From NCBI GenBank assembly GCA_040285855.1, contig JAUFOQ010000010.1:1240001-1304000 (forward strand): a DNA stretch of 64,000 nt, read 5' to 3'. This DNA is from Eukaryota sp. GEM-RC1. Lineage: Eukaryota. The number at the start of each line of letters is the position of its first letter. Position 1 is the stretch's first letter. This document shows positions 51,706 through 64,000 of the stretch, piece by piece. The notes under the pieces were generated by a model. The model was not told the DNA's origin. It did not search any database and saw only the letters and a list, made by a program, of their open reading frames with translations. The position numbers and the translations under genes are program-made.

Positions 51706-54700
51706 TCATTCGGACGATTTACTGATTCCATTTGAGATTGTTTTAATTTCTTTTTTAGTTCTTTTTTTAATACCATTATTTCCGAGATTGATACATTCAA
51801 TTGTAGAATTTAACTCCAATATTTTCAAAATTTCTAAAGCACTTTCATTACCAATAGAGTTACCCCAAAGGTCAATTTTAGAAAGAGCAGTCTTGACTTG
51901 CAACAAATCAGCTAATGCCTTTACACTTCTCTGTTTGCCAACATTAATTCCCCTAACACTCAAAGAAGAAATATGCCGAAGAGATTCAATAATTCTTAAT
52001 AGATCTGCATATGATAAATCACAGTAAGATAAGTCAAGAGAAGTCAATGAAGTACTGGTCTTGATTAAGTCACAAAAGAATTCAAAAGCATCGTCTGTAA
52101 ATTTTCAATTGTGGCTTGTAAGGTCTTTGACGTCAAGAGAACTTAAAGCAGATATATTCCATGCAGTAATTGTAGTATCAACCTGTGGTGAAAAGGAGAA
52201 AATTCCAGATTCTGTGGCAATAAAGTGAGGAGAAATACTTACATCTATCAATGAAGTATTAATGGACATAATTTGAAAAAGGGCAACAGTACCTACAAAA
52301 TTTAAATATGCAATTCCACTACATTCAATACGTTTAACAGGAACACCAGATTTTAAAGTATTTGAAAGAAACCGTAAATCAGTGTTTTTAATCTCGCCAG
52401 CGTATTGAATAACACCAGAAGAGAGATCAATAAAATGAGGACACAGTTCAATTGTTGGTGGTGATTGACTAGTTACAATAAATTTGTAAACCACCAAAAT
52501 AGAATTGAAATCAATATCAGTGTAACTCAGGTTTATCGTTTTTAAAGAAGAATTGGACTGAAGTGTAATCATAATATCATGAATACTGGTGTATGACAGA
52601 CGACAGTAACTGAAATCAACAGAAGTCAATGAATGACAGGTCCTGATGATGTCACACAAAACAGAAATTTCAGTGTCAGAAATTTGACATTTTTTCAATA
52701 TAAGTTCCTTAAAACTGAATGATTTCAACAAACAATGTAGAGATGAAAGTTCTTGAGCTGATATTTTGGTCAAAGTTTCTGGTGAAAATCGAAAAACACC
52801 ATTATTGATATCCACACAATGAGGAGAAACATCAAGATTGATAACTGATTTGGCAATGGAACTAATTTCAAATAGAGCAATAATTCCTCCTAAATTTAGA
52901 TTGTTGAATCCACGACTTTCAACGCGTTTGATAGGAACATTGGATTTTAGAGCATTTAAAAGAGCTACCAAGTCAGCACTGGTAACATGGTGTTCATAAT
53001 CAATATATCCAAAAGAAACGTCAATATCATGAGGAGAAATTTGAAAATTTGGTGAAAATTTACCAGTTGAATTCAGTCCAAAAATAGTGCAAAGATTGCC
53101 AAGCCCAATAGAATTATTACATATGGAGACATTTTTTAAATTAGCGTTAGACTGTAGTGCATGGATAAATTTCAAGAAATGGACATGAGATAGTTGCTTG
53201 TAAACAGCAGAATCATTATCTGAATGATATTCGGAAACACTGTAATTATCATAATCAAAATCATCATTAGACTCATGGTCATGGGAAAAACATCATCATT
53301 AGAATGAGAACAATAGAAATCATCGGAAAAATGTGAGAGTTCCTCAGACATTCTCATATTACTAAAGTCAACAGAAGTCAAGGAATTGTTGGCCCTAATG
53401 AGATCACACAAAACATCAATTGACTCACTGTCAATACAACTTCTTTGAAGAGTGAGTTCTTTGATACTAAATCTCTCTAGAAACGACTGAATGGATGAGA
53501 CTTCTGCGACAAAAACCTGAGTAAAACTATACGGAGAAAAACAAAAAATTCCATCTTCAACATCTAGAAAGTGAGGAGAGACATCTACAATTGATCTTAG
53601 TTGTAGATAATCCAAAGTTTCATAAACAGTCATTAACGAAGTTAAATCTACAATCAAGTTGGGAAAACTAACTTTTTTAATTTGTGTGTTGATTTCAACT
53701 GCTTCAAGAATGTTTGGAAAGTCTGCAAAACTAAAAAGAGAACCATCTAAACTTAATACAAGCAAACTGGTATTCTTCTCAATCATTTCAATTAGTGATT
53801 CGACCTGTTTGTTATTAAGTAAAAAATCAAGCTTAGAAATAGACAATTCTAACACAGATGAATTTGACTCCAGAAAATTAGTAAGATATATGATACGACC
53901 ACCAACAATCTGTAATTTTTTTTAAAACAGTATTGTTGTTAATAACTTTACAATTGTCATTGGTATCAATACAAGTATCAATGATAGTTAGTTCTTGTAA
54001 CGACAAATTACACTTAAGAGCCTCAATCACTGTAGAATCAAGACTGTAACATCTAGGAAACACCAGACTTCTGAAACTAGACGTGTTTAGAAGAGGGACT
54101 AGAACAATTGAATCGTCTATAGAAATACCAGATAAATCTAATGATTTAAGTGAAGTATTACTGACTAAAGCAGTAAATAAAAGAAGCGAATCACCATTTC
54201 TAACAGAGGATTGAGAAGAAAATGATGTGATTCTAATCTTTCTAAATGAATGCACTGAATGAAACAGTTCTGCTAAAAAACCACAATGATATTAGTTAAA
54301 TCTTCAACCATTAAATTGAACTCAACAATAGTGGAACTTTACAGCAGAAATTCACAAAAGGTATGTAGCTGGGAGTTATACTGATCGACAATATCAAGCC
54401 TTCTAAGCCGAGGTAGGAAAAGAGAACACGAGTAGCTGTCAAGTAAGTCGCTCAAATTGATAACGTCATCATTCAATTCTAGACCAGTGATTCTAAAAGT
54501 GTGGTCAATAGAAATGCCATTTAGAAACGTTGTCTCCTCTCAAGTCAATAAAACAGATTGTACACCTGCATTGAAAAAGATGATATTGAAGTAAGAAGAG
54601 AAAAATGAGAAGTAGAGAACGTGTTTGATTCTAAAAATACCTTAACCCCAAGGAAAGCTGATTTAAAGAAACGTTGACTAACATAGCCAACTTTTTGGAA

Positions 54701-55060
54701 AAATGCAGGGAATATTTCAATTGAATGGGGAAAGAACAGATCACGTGTAAAACGTGACTTCTAGAGACTTCTGAGAAGGTGAGAATTGATCAGAACTAGT
54801 AAAGACTGTGAAAGATGTATTGTCTTCGGATCAGTTATGTTCTCACAAGCTAGAGAACAAGAAATGGCGTCCGATACAAGATCCGGGGTGGAAATAAGAG
54901 AAGAAAGCATGATATTGCAAGAGTCACATGTAGAAGAACTTTCTTGTCAATTTTTGAGACATTTCTGAGAGCAAACATATCGACCACAACAGACAGCAAT
55001 GACCTCAGTCAGATGGGCATTGCAAACGGAGCAACAGAGAGGTTCTAGGGAATTTGTCCA
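51706..55060 (-). CDS. LRR6: divergent Zn finger plus LRR gene, possibly pseudogene
   Basis: CSVCNAHLTEVIAVCCGRYVCSQKC near 55040; ORFs 53878-54255, 53172-53855, 52105-53175 and 51706-52047. Confidence 0.75.
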
Positions 55061-57159
55061 AAAACTCTTTCAGTACATGAGTTGAAACTGCTCGATCACT
55101 CCCAAAACAAACTCAGATCTAAAAATGTGAGATCCTTGATACAGGAACATGACTTGTGCTACAGTATAGTACATGTATCAGTATAACTCTCATCACTCGC
55201 ACTAAAACTACTTTTTGTACTTCATCCTCTTAATTGCCACACTCCTATCAATGCTAGTGTAAACATTGAAACTATTCATCTACCATCTTCTGAGTCATCA
55301 TGATCACGATCCTGTAGATTTTGATGGAAACAAGAGTCAAATTGTTTTCATTTTCTTAATGTTCGTCTTTATCTTCATCAATATTCTCTTCAGACTTGAA
55401 GCTATCTCACACGAACGATTGCCCTCCGTCTCATACCTCCACCTCTCCGTACATTTCCCCTATCTCTATCACCATCATTTTTGGGAAGTCTTCGCTATCT
55501 TTTCACAAAAGATACAGATGAAATTTCTCAACAACTGACATGCTGCTGTTTTTAATGACTATCAGTTCTATCTATCATTCACCACTCATAGGTTGGTGGT
55601 TTCTCAGTCTGTTCCAATCTATATGGTTCGTCGTTGTCAGGAGTCGTCTGGTAATTTCCAAAGTCGTACTGGATTCTATCATAATCTTTATTGGTGACAA
55701 CATTCTGAAGATAATCTCTCGTAATGTTTATGTAATTGACCATTTCTTTAATCTGAATATGATTATTTATTGAGTTGTTTTTCAAATTACATCAAATAAG
55801 TCTGTGAATGGGTCAAAACTGCATCTGTTTTTCAAAAAAATTGATTTATTTCAATCTTGGATTGAAATCCACTTCATTGTTTTCAGCAAATCCGAAATTT
55901 TGTTGTATTCTGCGGTCGTTCTATTCAGTTCGTCTTAGCTCGACTAAAGCCAGCTTTCGCTAATTTTTTAATTGTTTTAAAGGAGAGTTCCGATGTGGCA
56001 TTAGATAATCAAATTCTATAAGTGTGTGCTTTATCATTAAATGATCATCGATGGACCACTACAATGCGACGTCAGTGGTATTTATGGTCATTCAAACTGC
56101 CAAAGTGATCTTCAATGTGGATGCGGACAACAAATAACAAATAACGTTTTCTCATTTGTTAAGTTGTAAACGCTACGTAAAAAATAGGATGAGCAGCCGT
56201 TTTGATCATATGTTATGACTGAATTGTATCGTTTTTACTATTTTTAAAACAGTTCCCCTAATCATCTCCAAAGCTTTATTGGCTGTGAGTTCCTTTTATG
56301 AGGACAAAGCGGTTGGAAAGCGACTGGTGTTGTCTTAATGATATCAAATTGTATCTTTTCTGAATATTACTTTTATAAATAGACTATACAAACAGATTGA
56401 AATTTGGTCATTTCATTTCGTTTTAATTTACGTGTGTTAATCTTGGAATTTCCGAAATTTATGGTTAATTTGGCGACAGTTGGCCGATTTACACAAGTCA
56501 GAATTGAAAGATTAATTTATAAGCATTCTCGTTACGGTGAACCTTAATTACAGCTCAGTATGGGTGTTGAAGCTCAAAGATTTTGAGCTTTTATTGATTT
56601 CTTTGGTTAATAGCAATAATGAAAGATACATCGAGATCAACAATGACGCATACATGGAACGCAGATTTCCCAAACCGAGGCTATTTGGGCTTTACCGTAA
56701 AGAAATCTACTGAACTATACCTAACCAAAGCTTAATAGTACGGTCTCTACAACAATTAGTCTGAAAACAAATTATGTCTGAATCTTAATTAGTCTGAACC
56801 AGACTGCTAGTAATTATTGTAAAGACTGTTCTATATATACCACGAAAATCTCTTGTAAGATTTACACATTTTGTTATGTCCTGTATTCTACCAAAAAAAA
56901 GACGGTTATGTTAGTCAAAGTGTTTTTGAATCTGTTCTTCATATAATTTGAACACTGACTTGAAATCAGTTGGTGAACGGAACTGCTGCACATCACTATT
57001 GATTACTATGATATTACTATGATGAATACGAAATCCAACAACAAGGCACTTAATTGACATTGACTTCAAGAACCGATACTGTGAGCGAGATGAAGCAAAA
57101 ATGATGAACGAGTCGAAGTTAATTTGTAGGAACAAACGAAAATGTATATGATCAAAAAA

Positions 57160-57321
57160 TGACAGGAAGGAGGAGTCGAACCTCTGGGTTAGGAACCTAG
57201 GACACCTGTTCATTGACAGGCTTCTCCGTGATGAAATGAAGAAACATGACCAAACAAGTTGGCACTTTGCAACTTTGCGTGGTAGAATGTCCTTATGTCC
57301 ACCAGGACACAGCATCCCATC
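57160..57321 (-). ncRNA. tRNA-Sec-scaffold RNA, copy C (83-nt anticodon-loop domain)
   Basis: Paralog of copy B with perfect AGGACA/TGTCCT stem, GGTTCCTAACC variable arm and TTTTTT terminator. Confidence 0.85.
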
Positions 57322-59592
57322 ACAGAACAATAATGGTTGTTTGCATTTGTTTAATACTCGCATCTTCATCAGATTAAGAATGTTGAACCTCTCAAGTAGC
57401 TACATGTACCACAATGTGTCGTGTAAGTTGACTTTCACGTTAAATACATAGATTTCGGTGATGGGTGTTTCAACGAAAAAGTGATATCGATGTCATTTAT
57501 AATGAAGTTGCGTAGTTATGTTTTATGTGACTAAGAAATGAATAAGGCAAAAATCTTTGAATCAAATCCACTATCTGCTAACGCCTATGATCTTTTTTCT
57601 TCTTCCCATGGCATGTTACTTCTGAGCAGACGTGGGTCAAATTGGTGACGTCATCATTAATTTCCAGACTAGTAATTTTTGAAGCAAGATCATGAATATC
57701 TTCAACTTTACAGGATGGGTCCACAAACAAGGCAAAAGATGGTACGTCTTAATTAACAGCTCTTCTCCTCTTTTCTTACCTAGAGGTACTTGACTTTGTA
57801 GTTATCACCATAAATCGAATCGGATACTTTCTAAAGTATTTGCTAATCGGAATTGGTTTTATGATGCTCAAATTTTGGTTAAACAGAAACTAATGTGATG
57901 ACAAATGAAAAGAAAATCAAAACACCAACGTTCCTGTATATGAGTGGTTAGAATGACTGAAAAGCCTGAAGTTTTGTCACATGTCGAAATATTTGTTGTT
58001 TGTCTTCTGGGAATGTAATTCGAACACGATGAATGCCAACAAGAAATATATCTACTTATAGTTTTAATTAGGTGTAAAGAATAGATTTAAACATCAAAGC
58101 ACGATATAACCATCACGATTGAGCAATGTTTTTACTAATACCAAAATACGCCATGCCAATACAATGGTGCGTCTACAAGCTGGTAACGTTACTTAAATAC
58201 TAGTAGTAGAAACTCCAACTGACTTTGATGACACTCAATGCAAGTCTAAGTTCAATCATAGTCAACACGTTGAAAGTCTAGTCAAATTGTTAGTGAATTG
58301 TGACGTGGCAGTAGTTCTTCTTTCTTGTATAGATCAATAAACAAGCTTTTCTTCATTCCATTGGTGAAAGCACCAACAAAATGTAGTATCATCAGTCTAC
58401 AATTGATAAACTACATACCCTTTTTGTTGAAATTGTACTCAAACATATGTATAACATATATACATATATTGGCAGAATATAACGAGCAAAGAAAGTACGC
58501 TGATCCACTCGAAGACCTGAAATACATTGTTCATGTGGAATAATCACTTATCCCATCTGCGATTTCTACGTATGGTCGTTTCGTAAATTAGTAATGAAGT
58601 TCGTAGATGATTTTGCAAAGGTTGTGGTTCGTAAAACATCAAAAATTTTGACCGCTGTTTTTGGCAGTATAGAAATGTCTTTACAATTCTAAAAGCAGTT
58701 CCCACAATGCTGTCGAAAGATTTATTTATACGTCATTGTGCATTATCAAGGCAAAGCTTCAACAAGGTTCGATTCTAAGGAATTTTGCTTTGATGATATT
58801 GAGTTTTAGACTATATATTTCATTATATCTGCCATAAAAACTTATTTCGGTAAAAAACACATACAGTGTATTATGAAGAAGAACAGAGCTAGATAGTTAC
58901 ACAGAAAAACGTTTTTTAAATATTATAGAAGAAGCTGAAAACAGGATCTTCTTAAGAATTGCTTTATAACCACAGCGTTGCTTAAAAGAGCAACGCTATG
59001 GATCTGTTGGTGTGTCACAATTAACCCTTGATGTCCTCGAAAAATAAATAACCATTCAAACACTTCTCAAAGACCCTTGTTGAGATTTAATCCTAAGAAA
59101 AGTAACGGTATTGAATTTTCTAGCTGATCGAATAGTTATTTGAAACACTTGTGACACTGCCAGATCTTAGAAACTGTTAAATTTTGCATCGTCAGTCGCT
59201 TTCTGTTGACCCCATCTACATGAAAGTGTTGGCAGCTTTTTCTTGATAATTCTACGAATTAGTCAACGTTAAACTAATTACCATGACCAGTGTACCAGAA
59301 CTTTCCCATTTAAAAGCACTCTTTGATCCCTTTCAAATGAACCAAAATGATTTGTCTCTTGATTGGGGTCTAGGATTGGCTAATTCCCAAGGAATAGCTA
59401 TCTTACCAGCATCACAATAATCCACTTGAAGTGCAAGTATCCATGAGAACTGGAAATAGATATACTCTGACCCAATAAATATAATACGCGCAATTGGTCA
59501 ACATCCTTTTGGCTATCAGGGGTGATTTACAGCAAAATCCTGTTCCAAAAACAGTTAGAAAATGATGGGATTCAGAAAGGCTTAACGACAAG

Positions 59593-59944
59593 GCAGCAGA
59601 TGATCAGTTACTTAATCGAAGGGTGTTAACTGTAATGCTGGAACAAATGGGGATAGTCTGCCAGTGTGTTAATGACGGGAGAAAGGCAGTGGATTTGTAT
59701 AAGAAGAATCCCTTTGAATATGACTTGATCATATTAGGTAGGTTTTAAGTTGATTAATATTTACTTTATATTATCGAATGCGGGAGTGATGCTGCTAGAG
59801 CTATTCGAGATTTTGAAAAGAATAATGGTATTGGGTTTGTTTCGATCATTTGTTTATCAGCTGATGGATTACCTTGAGTCTGGAATGAACTTTTGGATCA
59901 GCAAACTAGTGACACATCATGATCGGGCAGAAGTCTTGGAATAG
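59593..59944 (+). pseudogene. Second REC domain relic
   Basis: Near-identical to 27786-28137. Confidence 0.75.
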
Positions 59945-60406
59945 TTTCTTCTTTTGTGTAGAAGAAAACATGAAAATGCTTCTGTGTGATTTAGTCAGAT
60001 TCAGTATCTCTCTCGTAGATCTTGTCCAGATATGAGGTGTGTTTTTGTATATAACATTAAGTAGCTATTTATGGTAATAAATGTGGTTGAGGAATCTACA
60101 TCTGCAGTTCAATGTTTGTCATCCTTACTTGGAGTGTCCTGACCTTGATGTTTTTTTGATTTTTTTTTATTTGCTGTATAATTCATTGTTGTTTTATCAA
60201 TAAGAGGTCTAATAGTGTGACTCCATTGGTTATTTCTAATGCCGGAACATATTTGCGAATTACTTCTTCAAAAGTGTATTACATTAAAGTACTAACGATG
60301 TTCTGATACTGTAATTGGCCCAATGAATAAAAGAAGTCGTCCAAAAAATGGAAACGTTCAGTAATTCGAATCTTCATCGATTACAGAGGAAAATTAACTG
60401 ATTTGA

Positions 60407-63400
60407 CTAAGTCGTGAGAAATGCAATCCGTCCGTTTGAGATTGTGTTGATATCTTGTCCGGTGATTTCGTTGATATCAATATTTCCCAAATTAATACAT
60501 TCAATTGTAGAATTCAATTTCAATATTTTCAAAAGTTCTAAGGCATTTCTCTTACTAATAGAGTTACCCCAAAGGTCAATTTTAGAAAGAGTAGTGTTTT
60601 CTTCCAACAAATCAGCTAATGCCTTTACACTTCTCTGTTTGCCAAAATTAACTTTTCTGACACTCAAAGAAGAGACATTCCGAATGGACGTAATAATTCT
60701 TAATAGATCTGCATATGATAAATCACAGTAAGACAAGTCAAGAGAAGTCAATGAAGTACTGGTCTTGACTAAGTCACAAAACAATTCAAAAGCATCGTCT
60801 GTAAAACCACAATTGTGGATGTTAAAACTTTTGATACCAAGAGAACGTAAATCAGAAACAATCTCAGCATGAATTTCAGTGTAGTCTTGTGGCGAAAAGA
60901 GAAACTTCCACATTCTACATTAATGAAGTGAGGCGAAATATTATCATCCATCAATGAATTATTAATAGAAAGAATTTGGAAAAGGACAACAACAATAGCA
61001 AAATTTAAATTTGCAATTCCATGACATTCAACACGTTTGATAGGAACATTGGATTTTAAAGCATTTAAAAGTAACCCTAAATCAGTGTTTTTAATCTTTT
61101 TAGCGTAGCGAATAATACCACGAGAGAAATCAATAGAATGAGGAAAGAATTCAATGGTTGGTGACGATTGGTGGGTAGAAAACTGTTTAAAAATATCCAA
61201 AAGATTATGGAACTCAATATGATTGTTACTGACATAAACTTTTTTCAAGCAAGAAAATGACTGAAGTGCAGTGATAAATTTAAGACTACTGCTATACGAC
61301 AGACGACAGTGACTGAAGTCAACAGAAGTCAAAACATGACAAGTTCGGATGATGTCACACAATTCAGATATTCCAGCGTTAGATATATGACAATTTTTAA
61401 AAGTAAGTTCTCTAAAACTATATGATTTACAAACACAATGTAGAGATGCAAGTTCTTGAGCTGATATTTTGATAAAAGTTTCTGGTAAAAAAGCAAAAAG
61501 CACCATTTTCAATATCTACACAATGAGGAGAAACATCAAGATCAATTACTGATTTGTCTATGGAAAGAATTTCAAATAAAGTAACAATTCCTTCCAAAGT
61601 GAGAGTTTTCAATCCACGACATTCAACGCGTTTAATAGGAACATTGGATTTTAGAGCATTTAAAAGTGACACCAAATCAGTGTTTTTAACCTTTTTAGCG
61701 TAACGAACAATACCACGAGAGAAATCAATAAAATGAGGTAACAATTCAATAATTAGTGGTGATTGGTGAGTAGAAAACTGTTTGAAAATAGCTAAAAGAG
61801 TATTGAATCCAATGTCATTGTGACTGAGATTAACCATTATTAAAGAAGAATTTGATTGAGTTGCTTCGATGATTTCAAGAACAGTGGTAGATGACAGGCG
61901 ACAGTGACTGAGGCCAACGGAAGTCAATGAATGACAGGTCCTGATGACGTCACACAGAACAGATATCACATTGTCAGAAATTTGACATTTTTCAAAAGTA
62001 AGTTCCTTAAAACTATATGATTTCAACAAACAGTGCAGAGATGAAAGTTCTGGAGCTGATATTTGGGTAAAAGTTTGTGGTGAAAATCGAAAAACACCAT
62101 TTTCAATGTCTAGACAATGAGGAGAAACATCAAGATCAATCACTGATTTGTTAATGGAAAGAATTTCAAATAAACAAATAATTCCTTCTAAACATCCAAT
62201 TTTCCATCCACGATAATCAACATGTTTAATAGAAACATTTGACTTTAAAGCATTTAAAAGTGATACCAAGTCAGCACTGGTAACTTGATGTTCATAACGA
62301 ATATAACCAAGAGAAATATCAATAACATGGGGAGAACACTTTATATTTGGCAAGAGTTCTTCTGTTAAACTTAGTTGAAAGATTTCCAAAAGATTATTTA
62401 AGTTAGTTCCGCAGTTGGAGATGTTTACCGTTTTTAAACAAGAATTGGATTTGAACGCACCGATTAATGTAAATACTTGTTCAGGAGATAAATTGCAACA
62501 ACTGAAGTCAATAGAAGTCAAGGAAGTAGAGAGCCTGATTAAATCACATAATTTAGTGATTGCGTCATTGGAAAAACGCCAATTGTTGAGGGAAAGTTCT
62601 TTGATATTGAAAACTCCTAAAAGATTCTGTAGAGCTGAAACTTCTTCTACAGTTACTGGAATAGACTTAGATGGAGAAAAACCAACTACTCCATTATCCA
62701 AGTCAATGCAATGAGGAAAGCAATCAAAACTGATTACAGATTTGTTTAGGGAATGAATCTCCAGTAATGCTAAACATGTTTTTAGACTTGGTCGTCTCAA
62801 TCCTGGACAAACTACACTTTTAATAGGAACATTTGATTTTAAAGCTTCCAACAGTGAAACTAAATCATCATCAGATATTCTTTTTCGATAACAAATAGTG
62901 CCAATAGAATGATTTAAAAAATGAGGAGAAACTGCAAAGATTATTGGTGATTGATGACTAGCAATGTGTTGAAAAATAAATGAAAGTGCATTAAACTCCA
63001 AGCAAGAATTATTGAGAAGAACTCTTTTAAGTTAGAATTGAACTCAAGTGCATGAACAAATTTGATGATACTGTTATTAGATAGTTTACAGAAACTGAAG
63101 TCAATAGAAATCAATGAATTATTGACCCTGATTAGATTACACAAAGCAGTGATTGCATCGTCAGTAAAACGACACTGTTTAAGAGTAAGATGTTTGATAG
63201 TAAAAGACTCGAGAAACGACTTTAAAGTTGAGACTTCTTCGGAAGTCAAGCGAACAAGTTCTTGAGGAGAATAACAAAACACACAAAGCTTCACCTTTTT
63301 AAAACAAGTATTGTTTTTAAACACTTCATAAAGATGTGCAGTTGGAATTCGAGTTCCACCAAAAGATATTTCTTGCAATGACAAATTATACTTAAGAGCC

Positions 63401-64000
63401 TCAATAACTGTAGAATCAAGACTTCTACAACTAGGAAACACCAGACTTCTGATACTAGACGTGTTTAGAAGAGGGACTAGAACACTTGAATCGTCTATAA
63501 CAAGACCAGATAAATCTAATGATTTAAGTGAGTTATTACTAGCTAAAGCAGTAAACAGAATCAGTGACTCCTCCTCTTTAATAGAAGACTGAAGGAAAGT
63601 AGGTAATGATACAGACAGTTTGATACTTGTAAATGAATGAATTGAACGAAAGAGTTCAACAAGAGCAATCACATCAGAAGTCGTTAAATCTCTAACATCA
63701 ATACTTAATTCAACAATAGTAGTGCTCAACAATAGAGCTTCACAAAAAGTACATGTAGTTAAGTGAGATTCAGACCGTGTGGTAAAATCAACAAATCTTA
63801 GTCTAGGTAAGAAGAGAGGAGAAGAGCTGTCAAGTAGATAGGTCAAATTGGTGACGTCATCATTTATCCTTAGACTAGTAATTCTTGAAGTGTAGTCAAG
63901 AAGTTCTTCAACTCTAAAGGATGGATCCACACTCAAGGCAACAGATGGTACGTCTGCTTGGAAGTAACAGGCTATGGGAAGAAGAAAAGGAAGATCGTAG
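60407..64000 (-). CDS. LRR7: LRR super-repeat gene, 5' end beyond the window
   Basis: ORFs 62941-63936, 61427-63001, 60769-61512 and 60407-60913. Confidence 0.85.

Larger units (their letters stand above)
55925..61500. repeat. Segmental duplication unit shared with 25790-29690 and 35570-39700
   Basis: Long near-identical intergenic and LRR 3' blocks, e.g. identical 66-aa ORFs at 26791 and 37480 (frameshifted copy near 58607) and REC relics at 27786 and 59593. Confidence 0.85.

Noticed and set aside
55540..55800. Short ORFs at 55540-55785
   Set aside because: No recognisable domain and stops in the flanking frames.
1..64000. Alternative genetic code and organism assignment
   Set aside because: Long ORFs read cleanly in the standard code and end in TAG, TGA or TAA; no marker gene in the window supports a taxonomic call.

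Overview
AT-rich eukaryotic (protist-like) DNA with no prokaryotic operon features. The window is dominated by a tandemly duplicated family of giant leucine-rich-repeat genes: six near-full copies plus remnants. Most carry a Cys-rich RING-like N-terminus and a ~197-aa super-repeat that mixes RNI-like LRRs with SPHxID modules. The genes are interleaved with decayed non-LTR retrotransposons of the RLE (CRE-like) type and hAT- and Tc1/mariner-type non-autonomous elements with intact TSDs. Also present are a single-copy TPR-like gene, a PBZ zinc-finger gene, an Ulp1 protease relic and two receiver-domain relics. Several reading-frame breaks I inspected are 1-nt homopolymer differences, so many may be long-read errors. 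The main discovery is not in the ORF track: a family of at least six small RNA genes built on the eukaryotic tRNA-Sec 9/4 scaffold (9-bp acceptor stem with U-U pair, 6-bp D stem with 4-nt loop, variable arm, 4-bp T stem, oligo-T terminator). Their stems show compensatory changes, none of the five complete copies has a UCA anticodon, and in four the anticodon loop is replaced by a variable structured domain of 34-85 nt. All folds were read by eye and no database searches were run.
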